Assembly (NCBI RefSeq): GCF_001194135.2
Contig: NC_068984.1
Span: 116,242,998 to 116,303,031 of the forward strand
From: Octopus bimaculoides
Taxonomy: Eukaryota
DNA: 60,034 nucleotides
Reading direction: 5' to 3'
Positions 40,757 through 54,186 of the stretch are shown here, piece by piece. The stretch's first letter is position 1, and every line of letters starts with the position of its first letter. Made by a program: the position numbers and the translations under genes. The notes under the pieces were generated by a model. The model did not search any database and was not told where the DNA came from. It saw only the letters and a program-made list of their open reading frames with translations.

Positions 40757-40935
40757 GTCAGTAAGAACATGCTTTCTGGTTCAGTCCCACTGCACAGTAT
40801 GGTAGAGAAATGTGGTTCGTCATATCTCCAGGCTTGTGAGTTATTTGGTAGATGATTTGCTTGACTAAAACCATTCAAGAGTGTTCCCCAGGATGGCCGC
40901 AGTCGAATGAGTGAAACAAGTTAAAAGTAAAAGGT
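40575..40935. mobile_element. Two SINE family B fragments in opposite orientation around (TA)n
   Basis: 40575-40712 is the reverse complement of the family B 3' end; 40755-40935 is a degenerate + copy ending GAAACAAGTTAAAAGTAAAAG. Confidence 0.65.
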
Positions 40936-42384
40936 AAAAGATATTTATCTATATTATTTTCTGCATCTGAAGAATTAATCTCATATCTGATATATACATT
41001 TTAGAAATTGTATAATAGTACGAGATATGCTACTTATTACATTACTGTGCCATATATTGGAGATAGTGTAAATAAAATATCTAAATTACTAAAGTTTATT
41101 ACAGAATTTCAGACAGTGTTCTTACATTACCAACGTCCTTTGTGAACTACTGGACCCTGGTTCTATATCGTAGTTTGAATTTTATATAATAATTCGCAGC
41201 TGATAACACTGGGTCTCTGAGAATACATACCTGTCACATCCACAAAAAAACCTGAATCTCATTGCGGACGTGCATAGACAAAGTAAGCTCAAGCATCAAA
41301 TTAACATTAATACAACTGAAATCAATTTGTGCTTCTCTTGTCAATAGACCTATTATTGTGGGAAATGAATCGAAACACATGTTAAATTAATAAGAAGGTT
41401 AACACAGCCTAAAATCAATGTTTACAATCATTTGATAATTATTTTCCGTGACAAATAATTAGGTGTATGTCTATGACCACAAACTATTCGAAAATTAATA
41501 TCCGAATAGGAAATGCAAGATCGCTAAACTAGGTCCGAGATTTAGTTTCCAAATTCTCATAGCTGACCTTTCGAAATAAGTTCATCATTTTCGTTATTTA
41601 TCTACAAAGTAGAAGGAGTCTTATGTCATTAGAAAAGGTATATAAGGAAAAAAGTACATCATTAGGTTGTCATCTATACATCATTAGAGAATATATAAGT
41701 ATAATCTGAAAAGATAAAATAATGATCAGCGTCCTATTATCATGGACTTTTATACACATTATTCAGAGAAACTATATTTACTTTCCTCTGTACACCATCA
41801 AAGATATCTCTACATTGTCAATAGGCTTTAGAATTTTCAATTTCTATGACACTAATTATACGATGCATATATCAAACGGTGTAATCTGTCTTGCTCTCCA
41901 TTCATCCGTCTGCCTGTCTGTCTATCTATCTATCTGTCTGTTTATCTATCTGTTTCTCTCCTCTCTTTCTCTCTCTCTATCTATCTATACGTGTCTGTCT
42001 CTGTCTCTCTCTTTCTAGCAGTGTGTGTGTATATATATATATATTATATCCATCTATCTACCATTCCTTCCCTGCTCCCTCCGTAACTCCCTCCCTCCCT
42101 CCATCCATCCATCCATCCACTTATCTATCTACTCATCTGTTTTCCGGGATTTCTGTCTACCCCAATAGTATTCTGTCGCTATTTTTTAACTTATGTTCAT
42201 TTTTGTAAATCGGCTTTATTTCTTTCTTCAAGTGCATTTTTGCTTATATCTTACGACATAACTCTATCTCTTTCTCTACCTTTCATTCTCTGCTTTATAT
42301 GCATTATCATTCTATCAATTTCATTATGCTGCAATTTTTGCAGTGATTCTGATATGCGTGTGTGTGTTTGTGTACACATGTGCG

Positions 42385-42439
<55 letters not shown>

Positions 42440-42920
42440 ACACACACATAAACGCATACACACATATACACACATATACATATGTTTGCATTATGTAAGT
42501 ATGTGTGTACATGTGGAGCCATGAGCCATGAGTACTTGCGCGCATACACATAAACACACGTATATGTATATATATATGAATTGACCTAATAAAGATTCAG
42601 TAATATTACTTCTATTCTTAGACATCTTTCGATAAAAACGTCATTTATGAAATATATTATATGGAATGTATTTATGCATGTTCCCATTTGCTATACAACG
42701 GATATCGGTATTTCTTCGAGGCATGAGAACTGAATAAATCGTACGTATCTAAAAAAATATCAGATGGTTTTCGGTGATCAACTTTTTAATAGTTTATTTT
42801 TGTTTTCTGTTCAAACGGTCGGACGTCGATTGTGTATTGCTGTCTTTCTTAAGTGTTATCAAAATTAAGAATAAAAACAAACTGACTTTCTTTCGTGTAT
42901 TCATTCACACCCTTTTACAG

Positions 42921-43341
42921 CAGGACTGAATTTAGACCCATAGAGATGGCCTAAGGACTTAAAATATTTCAGTGCCCCCATGTATATGTAATTCAAAATA
43001 TAAACAATAATAAATCATAAAATGAATTTTTATGTTTCAAAATGAAACAAAACTAATAGTAAGATAGAAAATTATGCCTATTTTTGTGTACTTCCACTTT
43101 ATTTATAGTTGAAAAAAATTTCTACTTTCGTTTTTAATTGCAAAGTCTTTGATCAGGTCCTCACTACGACGCCATTAACGCTTCGAAATTATATTTCCCA
43201 TCATATAAAACATATAAAACTTCGAATATTATTTTATCAAGTTAAAAATGATTTCTTAACCATTTACTGTTTTAGTGGTGCCTTCCTTCCCATGATGCCC
43301 TAAGCTAGTGCTTATTTTGCCTAATGGTTAATCCAGCCCTG
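42921..43341. mobile_element. hAT-like MITE
   Basis: Ends CAGGACTGAATTTAGACC / GGTTAATCCAGCCCTG (reverse complement CAGGGCTGGATTAACC); AT-rich interior; the putative 8-bp TSD matches only 5/8. Confidence 0.45.
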
Positions 43342-43556
43342 CTTCACACTCATTCTTTCCTCTTCCTATCAGTCAGCTAATCGTTCACTCAGTATTCACC
43401 GTCACCGCTTTTGGGTTCTAGACAGTTTTAATCATAAATGTTTGTTTCCTAAAACCTCGGATCAAATCTTACACCTAGTCTTATATTCCATCCTATATAG
43501 TTTCTCCTAAACTTATTTCCGTTAGTTGTAATTCCCTTTCAAAATTAATATCAAGA

Positions 43557-44160
43557 AACATCCGATTTCAGTCCCACTGCGTGGCACTTTGGGCAAGTAT
43601 CGTCTACTAATAAGTTCGTGATGCTCAAAGACTTGAAATTAGTTTTGGTAGACAGAAACTGAAAGGCACCTGTCATATATATATATATAAAATTATAATA
43701 CAGGGTATCAAGGGATACCACCACGCTGAAAAAATAGCAGTGAAATCCTGACACTAAAACCACAATAATTATTGTGGTTTTAGTGTCAGGATTTGACTGC
43801 TATTTTTTCAGCGTGGTGGTATCTCTTGATACCCTGTATTATAATTTTAAATAATTATTACCTTTGATGGTTTTTATTTCCATGCTGACCACTTGATAGG
43901 ATCAATATTTTAAANNNNNNNNNNTATATATATACCCATGTGTGTGTTTCTTTGTGTCTGTGTTTGACTCCCACCTCCAAATGGTTTTTTTTACGCCAAC
44001 GAAAGTTGGTGGTTTACGATTAGACACCGATAGAATAAGTACCAGGCTTAAAAAAAAAAAAAAATACTGGGGTTGATTTGTTCGACTAAACTCTTCAAAT
44101 TTTTGCTGCAGCGTGGCGGCGGTCCAATGACTGAAACAATTGAGAGATAAAAAGGACAAA
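43557..44160 (+). mobile_element. SINE family B split by the palindrome at its internal (TA)n
   Basis: 5' half 43557-43680 (TTCAGTCCCACTGCGTGGCAC..GAAACTGAAAGG); 3' half 43935-44160 (ACCGATAGAATAAGTACCAGG..AATGACTGAAACAA). Confidence 0.7.
43688..43849. repeat. 162-bp loop-less palindrome (foldback)
   Basis: 81-bp arms centred at 43768/43769 (CAATAA|TTATTG), with 2 mismatches. Confidence 0.95.
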
Positions 44161-45130
44161 AGATGTATCTCATTCACCGCTGCTGACCTTTTAATCTATG
44201 CATGCTCACCCTGTAGAAGGAAAGGTGACCCTTTCCTTCAAGCACAAGCAAGTAAAAATAATTTGATTTACGATAGCATTTTCTTCAAAGAAGTGCTGGC
44301 ATTTCCGACTTTACCTAAGACATTCGGTCCACTATAAATCTGACTTATCAAAGAAAGATTTCTAAAGACGCAAGTTGCTATTGTCTCCAACTCGAAAGTT
44401 GACTGATAAACGTGTTAGATTATTTCCAGCCATTATTGTCTTGTCTTTTATATAAACAGACATAAATATGTAATTCCATTTCATGTACGTTTACTGGTTC
44501 ACATAGATTAATGGGGAAAAGTATGAGAAAAGCTAAAAATGATTCCAACAGAATGAAGTACAAAATCAAAATTGCCGTCATAGAAATTTACTTATTGTAC
44601 ATAATGTTGTCAATGCCAACAACATTGAAATAAGCCTAAGCAAAATTTGAATTTTTTTTTACATACTACAAACTAATGGACCACTTCTATTGTCGATATG
44701 AATGTAATAATTTATACTTAAAAACCTTTTCTACTTTCGTATAAGAATATTTCTCCTGACAAGAACAAAAAAACACCACATAACGACATGAGGCTAGTAC
44801 CCATTAACATACGCTTTCTATACTAAATCTAGTCTTCTGTACTTCATTATTGGTTTCAACCATGGACTTCGGTCATGCATGGCCACCGGCTTTTAATAAT
44901 TTTAGTTGGTCATATCAACATTAACATTTGTTTCACTTTGACACTTACTTTGTGGCTTTTCTATTTGTTGAAACGCTAAGTTACACTTTTCTTAAATCAC
45001 TTTCAAAAGCCTAGGAGAGAAATAGTCGCAGGTCCTGATATACACCATACGTATGCACACGCGCACACATACGTACCCCACCTCCATATATATATATATA
45101 TATGTGTGTGTACACATATATATGGGGCGG

Positions 45131-45167
<37 letters not shown>

Positions 45168-45172
<5 letters not shown>

Positions 45173-45316
45173 ACTGGCTTCTTTCAGTTTTCGTCTATCA
45201 AATCCCCTCACAAGGCTTTGCTTGGCCCGAGGCTATAGTAGAAGACACTCTCCCAAGGTGCCACGCAGTGGGACTGAACCCAGAACCATGTGGTTCGTAA
45301 GCAAACTACTCGTACG

Positions 45317-45318
<2 letters not shown>
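45168..45318 (-). mobile_element. SINE family B 5' half
   Basis: Reverse complement: CCACATGGTTCTGGGTTCAGTCCCACTGCGTGGCACCTTGGG..GAAAACTGAAAGAAGCC, then (TA)n. Confidence 0.8.
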
Positions 45319-45351
<33 letters not shown>

Positions 45352-46542
45352 CTTCTACATTTTTACCGTGTAATCCCACTCATAAAGTTTATCTAAGGTT
45401 CATCTAAAGGTAGGGTAGGAGACAATTTCGTACAATATTACTCGCGGGTATCAACTTCAGAAATATTATCAGGAAGTGGAATTATCGTATCTTTTTCAAT
45501 CTTAATACATTCATAAATTCTGGTAGGTTGGAAGGTGTCGTGTCTCACGAACGGAGAAATATTCCGTTCCTTTAGATGATGCGTGTTCATAAACACACCA
45601 ATCAAGTGTTCAAGTTTGAATCTGCCATAACGTACTAAGAATGAATAGATGCATTACAGTTATTTTCATATACGATTATCTACGACAGAATGGCTTGTGG
45701 ACATCCAGCTTTCAGTAATTTCTGAAATAAATATAGCAGAAAATCAGAACAAGGAAACCGATTATCACAGTTCTGTATGCATCACATGAATCATAAATAA
45801 TTTTATTATTTCTTTTTTAATGTTTCTGGGCTTATTGCGGGTTAGAAAAATATGAAGACATTTGTACGAAAATCTAAGTGGAAAGAAATATTTTTATGAA
45901 CAAAAATTTATATCAACCAAGTTTCATTCATACTTTGCGAACTATGACACTTTGTTGCGGAAATTTCATTCAAGTTTTTGCTACATGGTGAAACGAAAGT
46001 TTCTTCCGCGTGGATTCTTTGAATATTTTGAAATCACGTGGATCTGCTGCTAAAACATTAATACTAGTTTTAGTATCGTTTACAAAAACCATCAGATTTA
46101 CGTATTTACTTCTTTTTCTCTATATACAAAAGGCTCTACTTATAACACAATCAAGGTTACAATATATGAATCACTGTTCAATCACGTGAGACTACTACTT
46201 TCATTCCTCACAGTAACACAGCCTCACAATTTTAGATGGGATGAAGTTCAGACATCACGGAAGAGTTCTATGATGAAAGGCCTCGAAACAGTTCCGTTAT
46301 GTTCTTTTTCAGGCAGTTAACTATGTTATGCAATCTGTGTTTTCGTTTCTTATGGTAGAATGAGAGAAATTTGGTAGGTATGTTTAGAAGGCGATAACCC
46401 ACTTAGTGTAGTGTCTCCGTCGTTGCTGAATACATGGGAGGAATTGTTAAGTAAATCGATTCCAAAGAATTGTTGACTCTTGCCTTTTTTGAACTCGGAG
46501 AGAGATTCACAACGTAAGCGACACAGTCTGTGACATTACATT

Positions 46543-46635
46543 ATGTATGTATGTGTGTGTGTGTGTGTGTATGTGTGTGTATGTATGTATGTATGTATGT
46601 ATGTATGTATGTATGTATGTATGTATGTATGTATG
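46543..46635. repeat. (TG)/(TATG)n array at the 3' end of the R4-like element
   Basis: Directly visible. Confidence 0.95.
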
Positions 46636-48070
46636 TCTCTTCTATTTTTTAATTATTCTAAATCTTTCACTAAATCTTCCAGGAGGGAGCCGGTTTTCAA
46701 CAAAGATACAAGGCTTCATCTTTGGCATGTAGTTAACACAGACAAATTCACATTTGGAACTTGAGAAAAGTCTTACCGTTCCACTCACAGATTGCAATTG
46801 TAATGTACGAATTAGCCGGTCAGTTTCTCTTTCTGAAAATCCCAATTTATTCAAATTGTCATTCAAGCATTTACTAAAAAAACCTAGTGCTCCAATTATT
46901 ATTGATATGAACATGAATTCATAGTCTGGATGAGGTTTCGATGCAGTTGTTCATAGATATCCTCTTTTTATTTGATTTTCAGAGATATTTATATCTACAG
47001 GACAGCTAACCTCTATGATGGTACATACCTTTGTCCCTCTGTCCCAAACAACAATATCTGGCCTGTTATGCTTACATTTAACAGACGTTTTGATGGGAAT
47101 ATTCCACCAGTATTCCTTGAGTTGGTGTTTATTAACGTATTCCATAAAAGAGGGATTTTCTAAGTTAATTTTAGGATATGTCTTTTTTGTAAATTATTTT
47201 AGCAACAACATCGTGCCGCATAGGGAGGTAGTACTGTGACGACATTTTAGGCAGCTACTAATCACATGCGTAATGTCTTCCACAGAAACATGACATAGCC
47301 TACACATGCAGATGTACCATGTAATTACAAGAACGTCACTGTCTTTGTTGCTCACCAGGTACTTTGTGGCAATCTCCTACTCCTGTATTGCAAACGCATA
47401 GCCTTCAAAATACGGTATGATATAGTGGACTTGTGTCCAAGAGAGGCTGCGCTTCGTGTCAATTCTACTGTCTTCTCCAAGCTTCCGGGCAACCCATGCA
47501 TGGTCTTTCTTTTTTGTATACTGAGTGTTTTCCATCCAGGTCTTTTCTGAGGTAAGAGAGCCCAGCTATTTTGGGGCTGTATAGGAGATCATCAGGAAGA
47601 GAGTGTTTCGTGAGGAGTTCACTGCCAACTCGTACAATGTTACTCACTTCACTTTCCAGGACTGCATTAATATATTTACTTTTGCTGTTGTTGTTTAGTA
47701 GGTTCTACCTGTGTGATATCATACGGCATTCGAAGGCCGTCTGCACTGATCTCAGGCCTCTACCACTTTCATTTCTTCTTAGGTAGAGCCCGTTAACGTC
47801 ACTATTTCTATGGAAGTTCCCAGTTGTTGTCAGGATTTTGCGGTTTTTGATATCTATGGAGTGGATTTCCTCTTCAGAGCAATCAAGTATCCCAAATGTG
47901 AAGATCAGCACTAATACTGCAAATGCATTGTGGGATGTTGTTTTGTTCTAAGAGGAGAGTTCAGACTGCTATATTTTCCTAAATCTGGTATAATATTCTC
48001 GGGTCACTCTATCTTTAATCACAGTGCCTTCATATAATACATTTCCGCCTATGCCTAGCTACTTGTAACA
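46636..48070 (-). mobile_element. 5'-truncated, degenerate R4/Dong-like non-LTR retrotransposon (RT C-terminus, CCHC, restriction-like endonuclease)
   Basis: Minus-strand translation with stops and frameshifts: YK*LGIG..EYYTRFRKI, NFHRNSDVNGLYLRRNESGRGL, FEGYAFAIQE*EIATKYL, CRLCHVSVEDITHVISSC, MRHDVVAK, HNRPDIVVWDRGTKVCTIIEVSCPVDINI, IIIGALG..LQLQSVSGT. The 3' end runs into (CATA)n. Confidence 0.85.
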
Positions 48071-49479
48071 TTCTTTGTGTGGAATGGGGGAGATAAAGAC
48101 AACTTAATGCTCTTCAACAACGCATGAAGAATGGAAACGTAAGAAAGTCGTCAAGTTTAGTCCGAACACTCTGCAGGTAGATATGTCAAAGTGTGCGTGT
48201 GTATGTGTATGTGAAGGAGTGTGTATGTGTGTCGTGTGTGTGTTCTGTGTATATGTGCGTGCGTGTGTGTGTGTGTGCGTGTGTGTGTGTGAAAATACGC
48301 GCCCGAATATGTTTCAGCACCTGCGCAGTCTATGTCGTTACAATGCATGTATACACGTATGCAATTGTACAGGCAACGTTCAAACTTAGTATATATATTC
48401 TAGCGTAGATTACTGTCTGTTGTCAACAGAACCAATGATAATCCTAATTAGTGATCAAGTTTCTTGCTAATTGATATCGCAGCTGCAAAATATTCAATTA
48501 AATATAATTCAATTACAGCATTTGAATGAGGTTTTAATCAAGCTGATTAGAATCTAATATACAAGTGTATATATATATGTNNNNNNNNNNNNNNNNNNNN
48601 NNNNNNNNNNNNNNNNNNNNNNNNNNNNNNNNNNNNNNNNNNNNNNNNNNNNNNNNNNNNNNNNNNNNNNNNNNNNNNNNNNNNNNNNNNNNNNNNNNNN
48701 NNNNNNNNNNNNNNNNNNNNNNNNNNNNNNNNNNNNNNNNNNNNNNNNNNNNNNNNNNNNNNNNNNNNNNNNNNNNNNNNNNNNNNNNNNNNNNNNNNNN
48801 NNNNNNNNNNNNNNNNNNNNNNNNNNNNNNNNNNNNNNNNNNNNNNNNNNNNNNNNNNNNNNNNNNNNNNNNNNNNNNNNNNNNNNNNNNNNNNNNNNNN
48901 NNNNNNNNNNNNNNNNNNNNNNNNNNNNNNNNNNNNNNNNNNNNNNNNNNNNNNNNNNNNNNNNNNNNNNNNNNNNNNNNNNNNNNNNNNNNNNNNNNNN
49001 NNNNNNNNNNNNNNNNNNNNNNNNNNNNNNNNNNNNNNNNNNNNNNNNNNNNNNNNNNNNNNNNNNNNNNNNNNNNNNNNNNNNNNNNNNNNNNNNNNNN
49101 NNNNNNNNNNNNNNNNNNNNNNNNNNNNNNNNNNNNNNNNNNNNNNNNNNNNNNNNNNNNNNNNNNNNNNNNNNNNNNNNNNNNNNNNNNNNNNNNNNNN
49201 NNNNNNNNNNNNNNNNNNNNNNNNNNNNNNNNNNNNNNNNNNNNNNNNNNNNNNNNNNNNNNNNNNNNNNNNNNNNNNNNNNNNNNNNNNNNNNNNNNNN
49301 NNNNNNNNNNNNNNNNNNNNNNNNNNNNNNNNNNNNNNNNNGGTCTCAGATCAAAAACGCTTCCTCGGTAAGTATTTCTCCGTGTAAATGTATGTATGTA
49401 TGTATGTATGTATGTATGTATGTATGTATGCATGTATGCATGTATGCATGTATGTATATATGTTTGTGTCTATGTATAT

Positions 49480-49511
<32 letters not shown>

Positions 49512-49522
49512 AGTATATTTAC

Positions 49523-49572
<50 letters not shown>

Positions 49573-49872
49573 ATGTATATACATTGCATATACATGTATA
49601 TTGTATATATATATGTGTATGCGTGTGTTTATGTATAGACATATATATATATATATTTATATACATGTATATATACACACACACATATATATACATATAT
49701 ATATATACATATGTGTGTGAGAGACACCTGACGAAATATAGCCTGCACTGATGAATGCAACGTAACTATGTATACATACACACATATGTAGACATACATA
49801 CACACATGTGTATGTATACATACACACATGCAGAACCGCTCACACACATGCACGCATACACACACACATGCA

Positions 49873-49919
<47 letters not shown>

Positions 49920-49979
49920 CTACATATTAAAATTTCATCATACCCTTCTTTTGAAGTACTTAAGCTAAACACCGTACAC

Positions 49980-50018
49980 CGTATTATTGTTATTATTATC
50001 ATTTATTATTATCATTAC

Positions 50019-50100
<82 letters not shown>

Positions 50101-50115
50101 GTCATTATTATTGCA
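49980..50115. repeat. (TAT)n microsatellite
   Basis: Directly visible. Confidence 0.95.
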
Positions 50116-50906
50116 TTATAACTTTCAAAATATAAATATGATAAAAATCTTCTTCAGGAATGAACCAGCTTTCAATATTTTAATCAAAAAATAACAGAAA
50201 ATAAACCGAAACAAATGCTTAGTCTCGAAATAACAAATTATAATCCGAAAATATATAACTATATTGACCATAATTTTTTTTTCCAGCACTAGACATCATC
50301 ATATGATTATATATTCATTTAAATCTTTAATAACAACACTTCAATAAACCAGTTATTAAACATACTAGTTCTTCTCAACAGCTCATCACATGAATATGTA
50401 TGTATGTAATATCAGCATACGACTTTAATTCTGGAAATGTCCACACGTCAACTTTATACATACGCTTTTTTAAAACTTTTACTTTACATATGAAGTTTCT
50501 AAAAACTTCACAAATCAAGAGGTTATCTAAGTATGTAACCATTGACCTAAAGTGTATAATCTCTTATATTTTAATAAAATATTTTAGCCTGTCATCACAT
50601 CTTTTTGACTTATCAATCTTACTCTGTGTGTGTTTTATGTGTGTTTGTGTGTGCCTGTGTGCGTGTGTGTGTGAGCGTCTGTGCGTGTATGTTTGTGTAT
50701 ATACATACATACATACATACATACATACATACATACCTAAAGTGCATACATATATAGATAAATACGTTGTGATTGCTCCATCTTCATAGATGATTACAGT
50801 ATCTTTGCCTTCTCTCGCTGTCTTTCCTAATTGTCAATTGTATTCATGTGGTACAAACTTTAAATCTAGGCTATACAATTATCTTCATTTAATTATCTTT
50901 AAAGCC

Positions 50907-51222
50907 AGGCACTTATTCTATTATTAACTTTTTGCTGAACCGCTAAGTTGCGGGGACGTAAACACACCAACATAGGTTGTCATACGGTGGAGGGGACCAT
51001 CACAGACATAAAGACACACACACACGCCCCCCCCCCTATATATATATATATACATACATATATACGACGGACTTCTTCCAGTATCCGTTTACCAAATTCA
51101 CTCGCAAGGCTTTGGTCGGCCCTAAAGCTATAGTAAAAAAACACCTGCATAAAGTGTCATGGAGTGTGATTGAATCAGGAACCATATGGCTGGAAAGCAA
51201 GCTTCTCACCACACAGCCACGA
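50907..51222 (-). mobile_element. SINE family B
   Basis: The reverse complement is colinear with 22420-22785, including the internal microsatellite. Confidence 0.8.
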
Positions 51223-51872
51223 CCATACGACATTTAATATGCATTGTCACATTGTAATACAAGTATTGATACATCGTTTATATTTGTGTTGTTTTTTTTA
51301 TATATATCCAACCACTACATCATTACAGAAACAAACAATAGGATAAGCAAAAACAGCAGCAGTAGCAGTGTATGTCATTCCAGCGACATTCTTTTATTCT
51401 GTTATTTCATTTCTGGTTTCAGTCATTGGACTATGGCCTTACTGGGGCTCCACCTTCTAAGTTGTAGCCAGTTGCATTAGACCTGAATACATTTATTGTC
51501 TGATACGTTTCGAAGTTATCGATATCAAAACAATGAAAAGTAAAATGAACTTGAACTGAACTTGAACAGAACGTGGTCCTGACAAAATACCGTATGCTGT
51601 TTTGTCCGACAATGTTCTACCGATTCTTTCACAATAAGCAAAGCAGCTGGGAATAGTTTTATTGAAGTTCAGCGATTATTCCTTATTTGAATATAATATC
51701 GATAGATTTGGATATATATTTTATAACCCTGTCAGTTACGGTGGGCTTGTTTAGCATGAAATATACAGTGTGAGTAAACGTTAATTGAGACTGGATATAC
51801 TTTTAGATGAGGACAACTATGAAGGATCACTAATTATCTTAAAAGAAACATTTACTAACCAAGAAAGAACAA

Positions 51873-52112
51873 GGCGGTGAGCTGGCAGAAACATTAACGC
51901 GACGTGTGTAATGCTTAGCGGCATTTCGTCTGCCGCTACGTTGTGAGTTCGAATTCCGCCGAGGTCGACTTTGCCTTTCATCCTTTCGGGGTCGATTAAA
52001 TAAGTACCAGTTACGCACTGGGGTCGATATAATCGACTTAATCCATTTGTCTGTCCTTGCTTATCTCCTCTATGTGTGGACCCTTGTGGGAAGTAAAAAA
52101 ATAAGAAAGTAC
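51873..52112 (+). mobile_element. tRNA-derived SINE family A, near full length
   Basis: GAGCTGGCAGAAA head, GAGTTCGAATTCC B box, central GACTTTGCCTTTCATCCTTTCGGGGTCGAT; highly similar to 59700-59931. Confidence 0.9.
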
Positions 52113-54186
52113 AAGTGAAATAATAGGCGGATCTCCTCGAAATCATACACTGCTAACATAAACTTTAAAGTCAATTTTGGAAGAATTTGAAATTGCCAAC
52201 CAGAGAGTGATGCAAGTTTTATTTGCATTACCTTCTGACTCACAGCCGTACAAAGCAACGTTGATGAATATCGGCGGACACTGAGTCCAACCTCATGCCG
52301 TTTCTACTACACCATTCTACTCGCGTCCTTTAATATCAATTTATATTATTGGCACAAAGACATTCGATTTTGGGAATAGATATAGTCTACTTTTAACTGG
52401 TACTCATTTTATCGATTCGGATTGATTTGTCTTAACAATGCCTTAACTATTTCGCCATCCACCATTTTTGATAATATTGCAGTAAACTATATCGCTCCTT
52501 TAGATTACTGGTGGATACACTGTGTACAATCATCAGCATCAAATCCCGTTACCAGGATTTGATGAGTCTATAAAATAATACCAGAAAGGTAGAATGTAAA
52601 AGGAAATGAAATACTTCTTAGTATTTTCTCCGCAGCTCTGCTGGTTTTACTATATCCTGTCTTTCTGTATACTAATATGAGAAATATCATTATTTGATTA
52701 TCTACGGATAAGTTAGCTTCTGATTTTGTCTGGATATTTTTTCTCTAATTTCTCTTAGCATTTATTTTTTTTATTTACTTTTTAGATTAAAAACTGCTTG
52801 AGGACCGTCGTTACTTATAATTCAATTCATTTATATTTCTTTAGTTAGTATTGTGCCTTTGCAAAGTGCCTTTGTACTTTTAAGTTCCAGATATCGAATT
52901 TGTCTTTTTTTTTCTTTTCAAGTAATTTAATAAAATTATTACTAGAGAGGATACTATACATAACTTAATCTGTACGACGCTTTAGATACGATACTATTTC
53001 TATGTGTATTATAAACTCGCAGCTGCATCGGTCCATGGAGCCAAACGGTCAATTGTCCATACATTGTTACTGAAGTAATTACATCTGTTTATGTAAAGAC
53101 GCTTCAATTTTGTAGGGTCCATATCATTTAAAACCTGACAACAGTTGCTAGGCGTACAAATTACGAGGTGAACATTAACTTCTAGTGCAGTGTTTTACTG
53201 AAGCAGAAATATTTTAGAGAAATTAGCTATTCCAGGCGTATTGCACTTATTCATTCTAAGTACTTTATAAAACCCATTAGGTATTCGTCCACGTGGAATG
53301 TAAGATCCAGTCAACGTTATATTTTGAATTTCATTTTGAAACTCAGCGGCTGGGTGAGTGGCTTAAAAGTATTTTCTATTATCATCACAGTTATTATTTT
53401 CATTTTCCATACTTATTTTCCATTATATATATTATTAACGACGTTGTTAATAATATAACATATATAATTAACGTTGATGCTATTGACATGTTTATTATTA
53501 ACGTTCTTGTTACTGACACAAGGTATGTTATTAACATTTTATTTTTAATATTATGACGTATATCATTAATGTTGTCACTATCATAACGTTTATTATTCAC
53601 GTTGTATCAGAATACTGGATTAGGGATTTAGATGTCATCATTATCCATGTCTCAAATCTTGCCACAAAGCATTCGCAAAATTTACTGCTACGTGTTCACT
53701 TATGGAACATCCTTTCACATAGTGGTTACACACTTTATTGTGTAACTTTCTCACACAAAATTCAATAATTTACAGAGACAAATTCTTTAGTTTGATCATT
53801 TTTCTAAGACATTCATGCATGCTGCCATCCCTCTCACTATGAACAGTGTTTGGGTATAGTGATAAAACATGTAATCCGGCGCGTTTTTCTACTTTCCCTT
53901 TTGAGACATTTCATCATCTAACTTATTTGGGCTTTCATCAAAGAGCTATCTTCTCTAATTCTAGCTATGGCTTTCTTGTTTATTTACTGTATATTCGCTG
54001 TATTCGTCCTTAGTGGTTGTACCAAAGACAACATTGTTCAAATGATATTTTCAAACTATACGTTTTATAGTGTCACAGACTCTGCAATGGATTTTTCCTT
54101 ACTTATTCTGATATATTCCTCCGTGTGCCGCCACATTATACATTGCAAATATTTGTGGCTGTTACTCTACTTAAGCTCGAGTTATC

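Noticed and set aside
49342-49386. HDV-like ribozyme suggested by TTCCTCGG (L3-like)
   Set aside because: No P1/P2 pairing could be found; the same applies to 58722-58790.
49720-49760. GACACCTGACGAAATATAGCC resembling the 19981 hammerhead
   Set aside because: Stem II and GAAA are missing; at most a short decayed fragment or a chance match.
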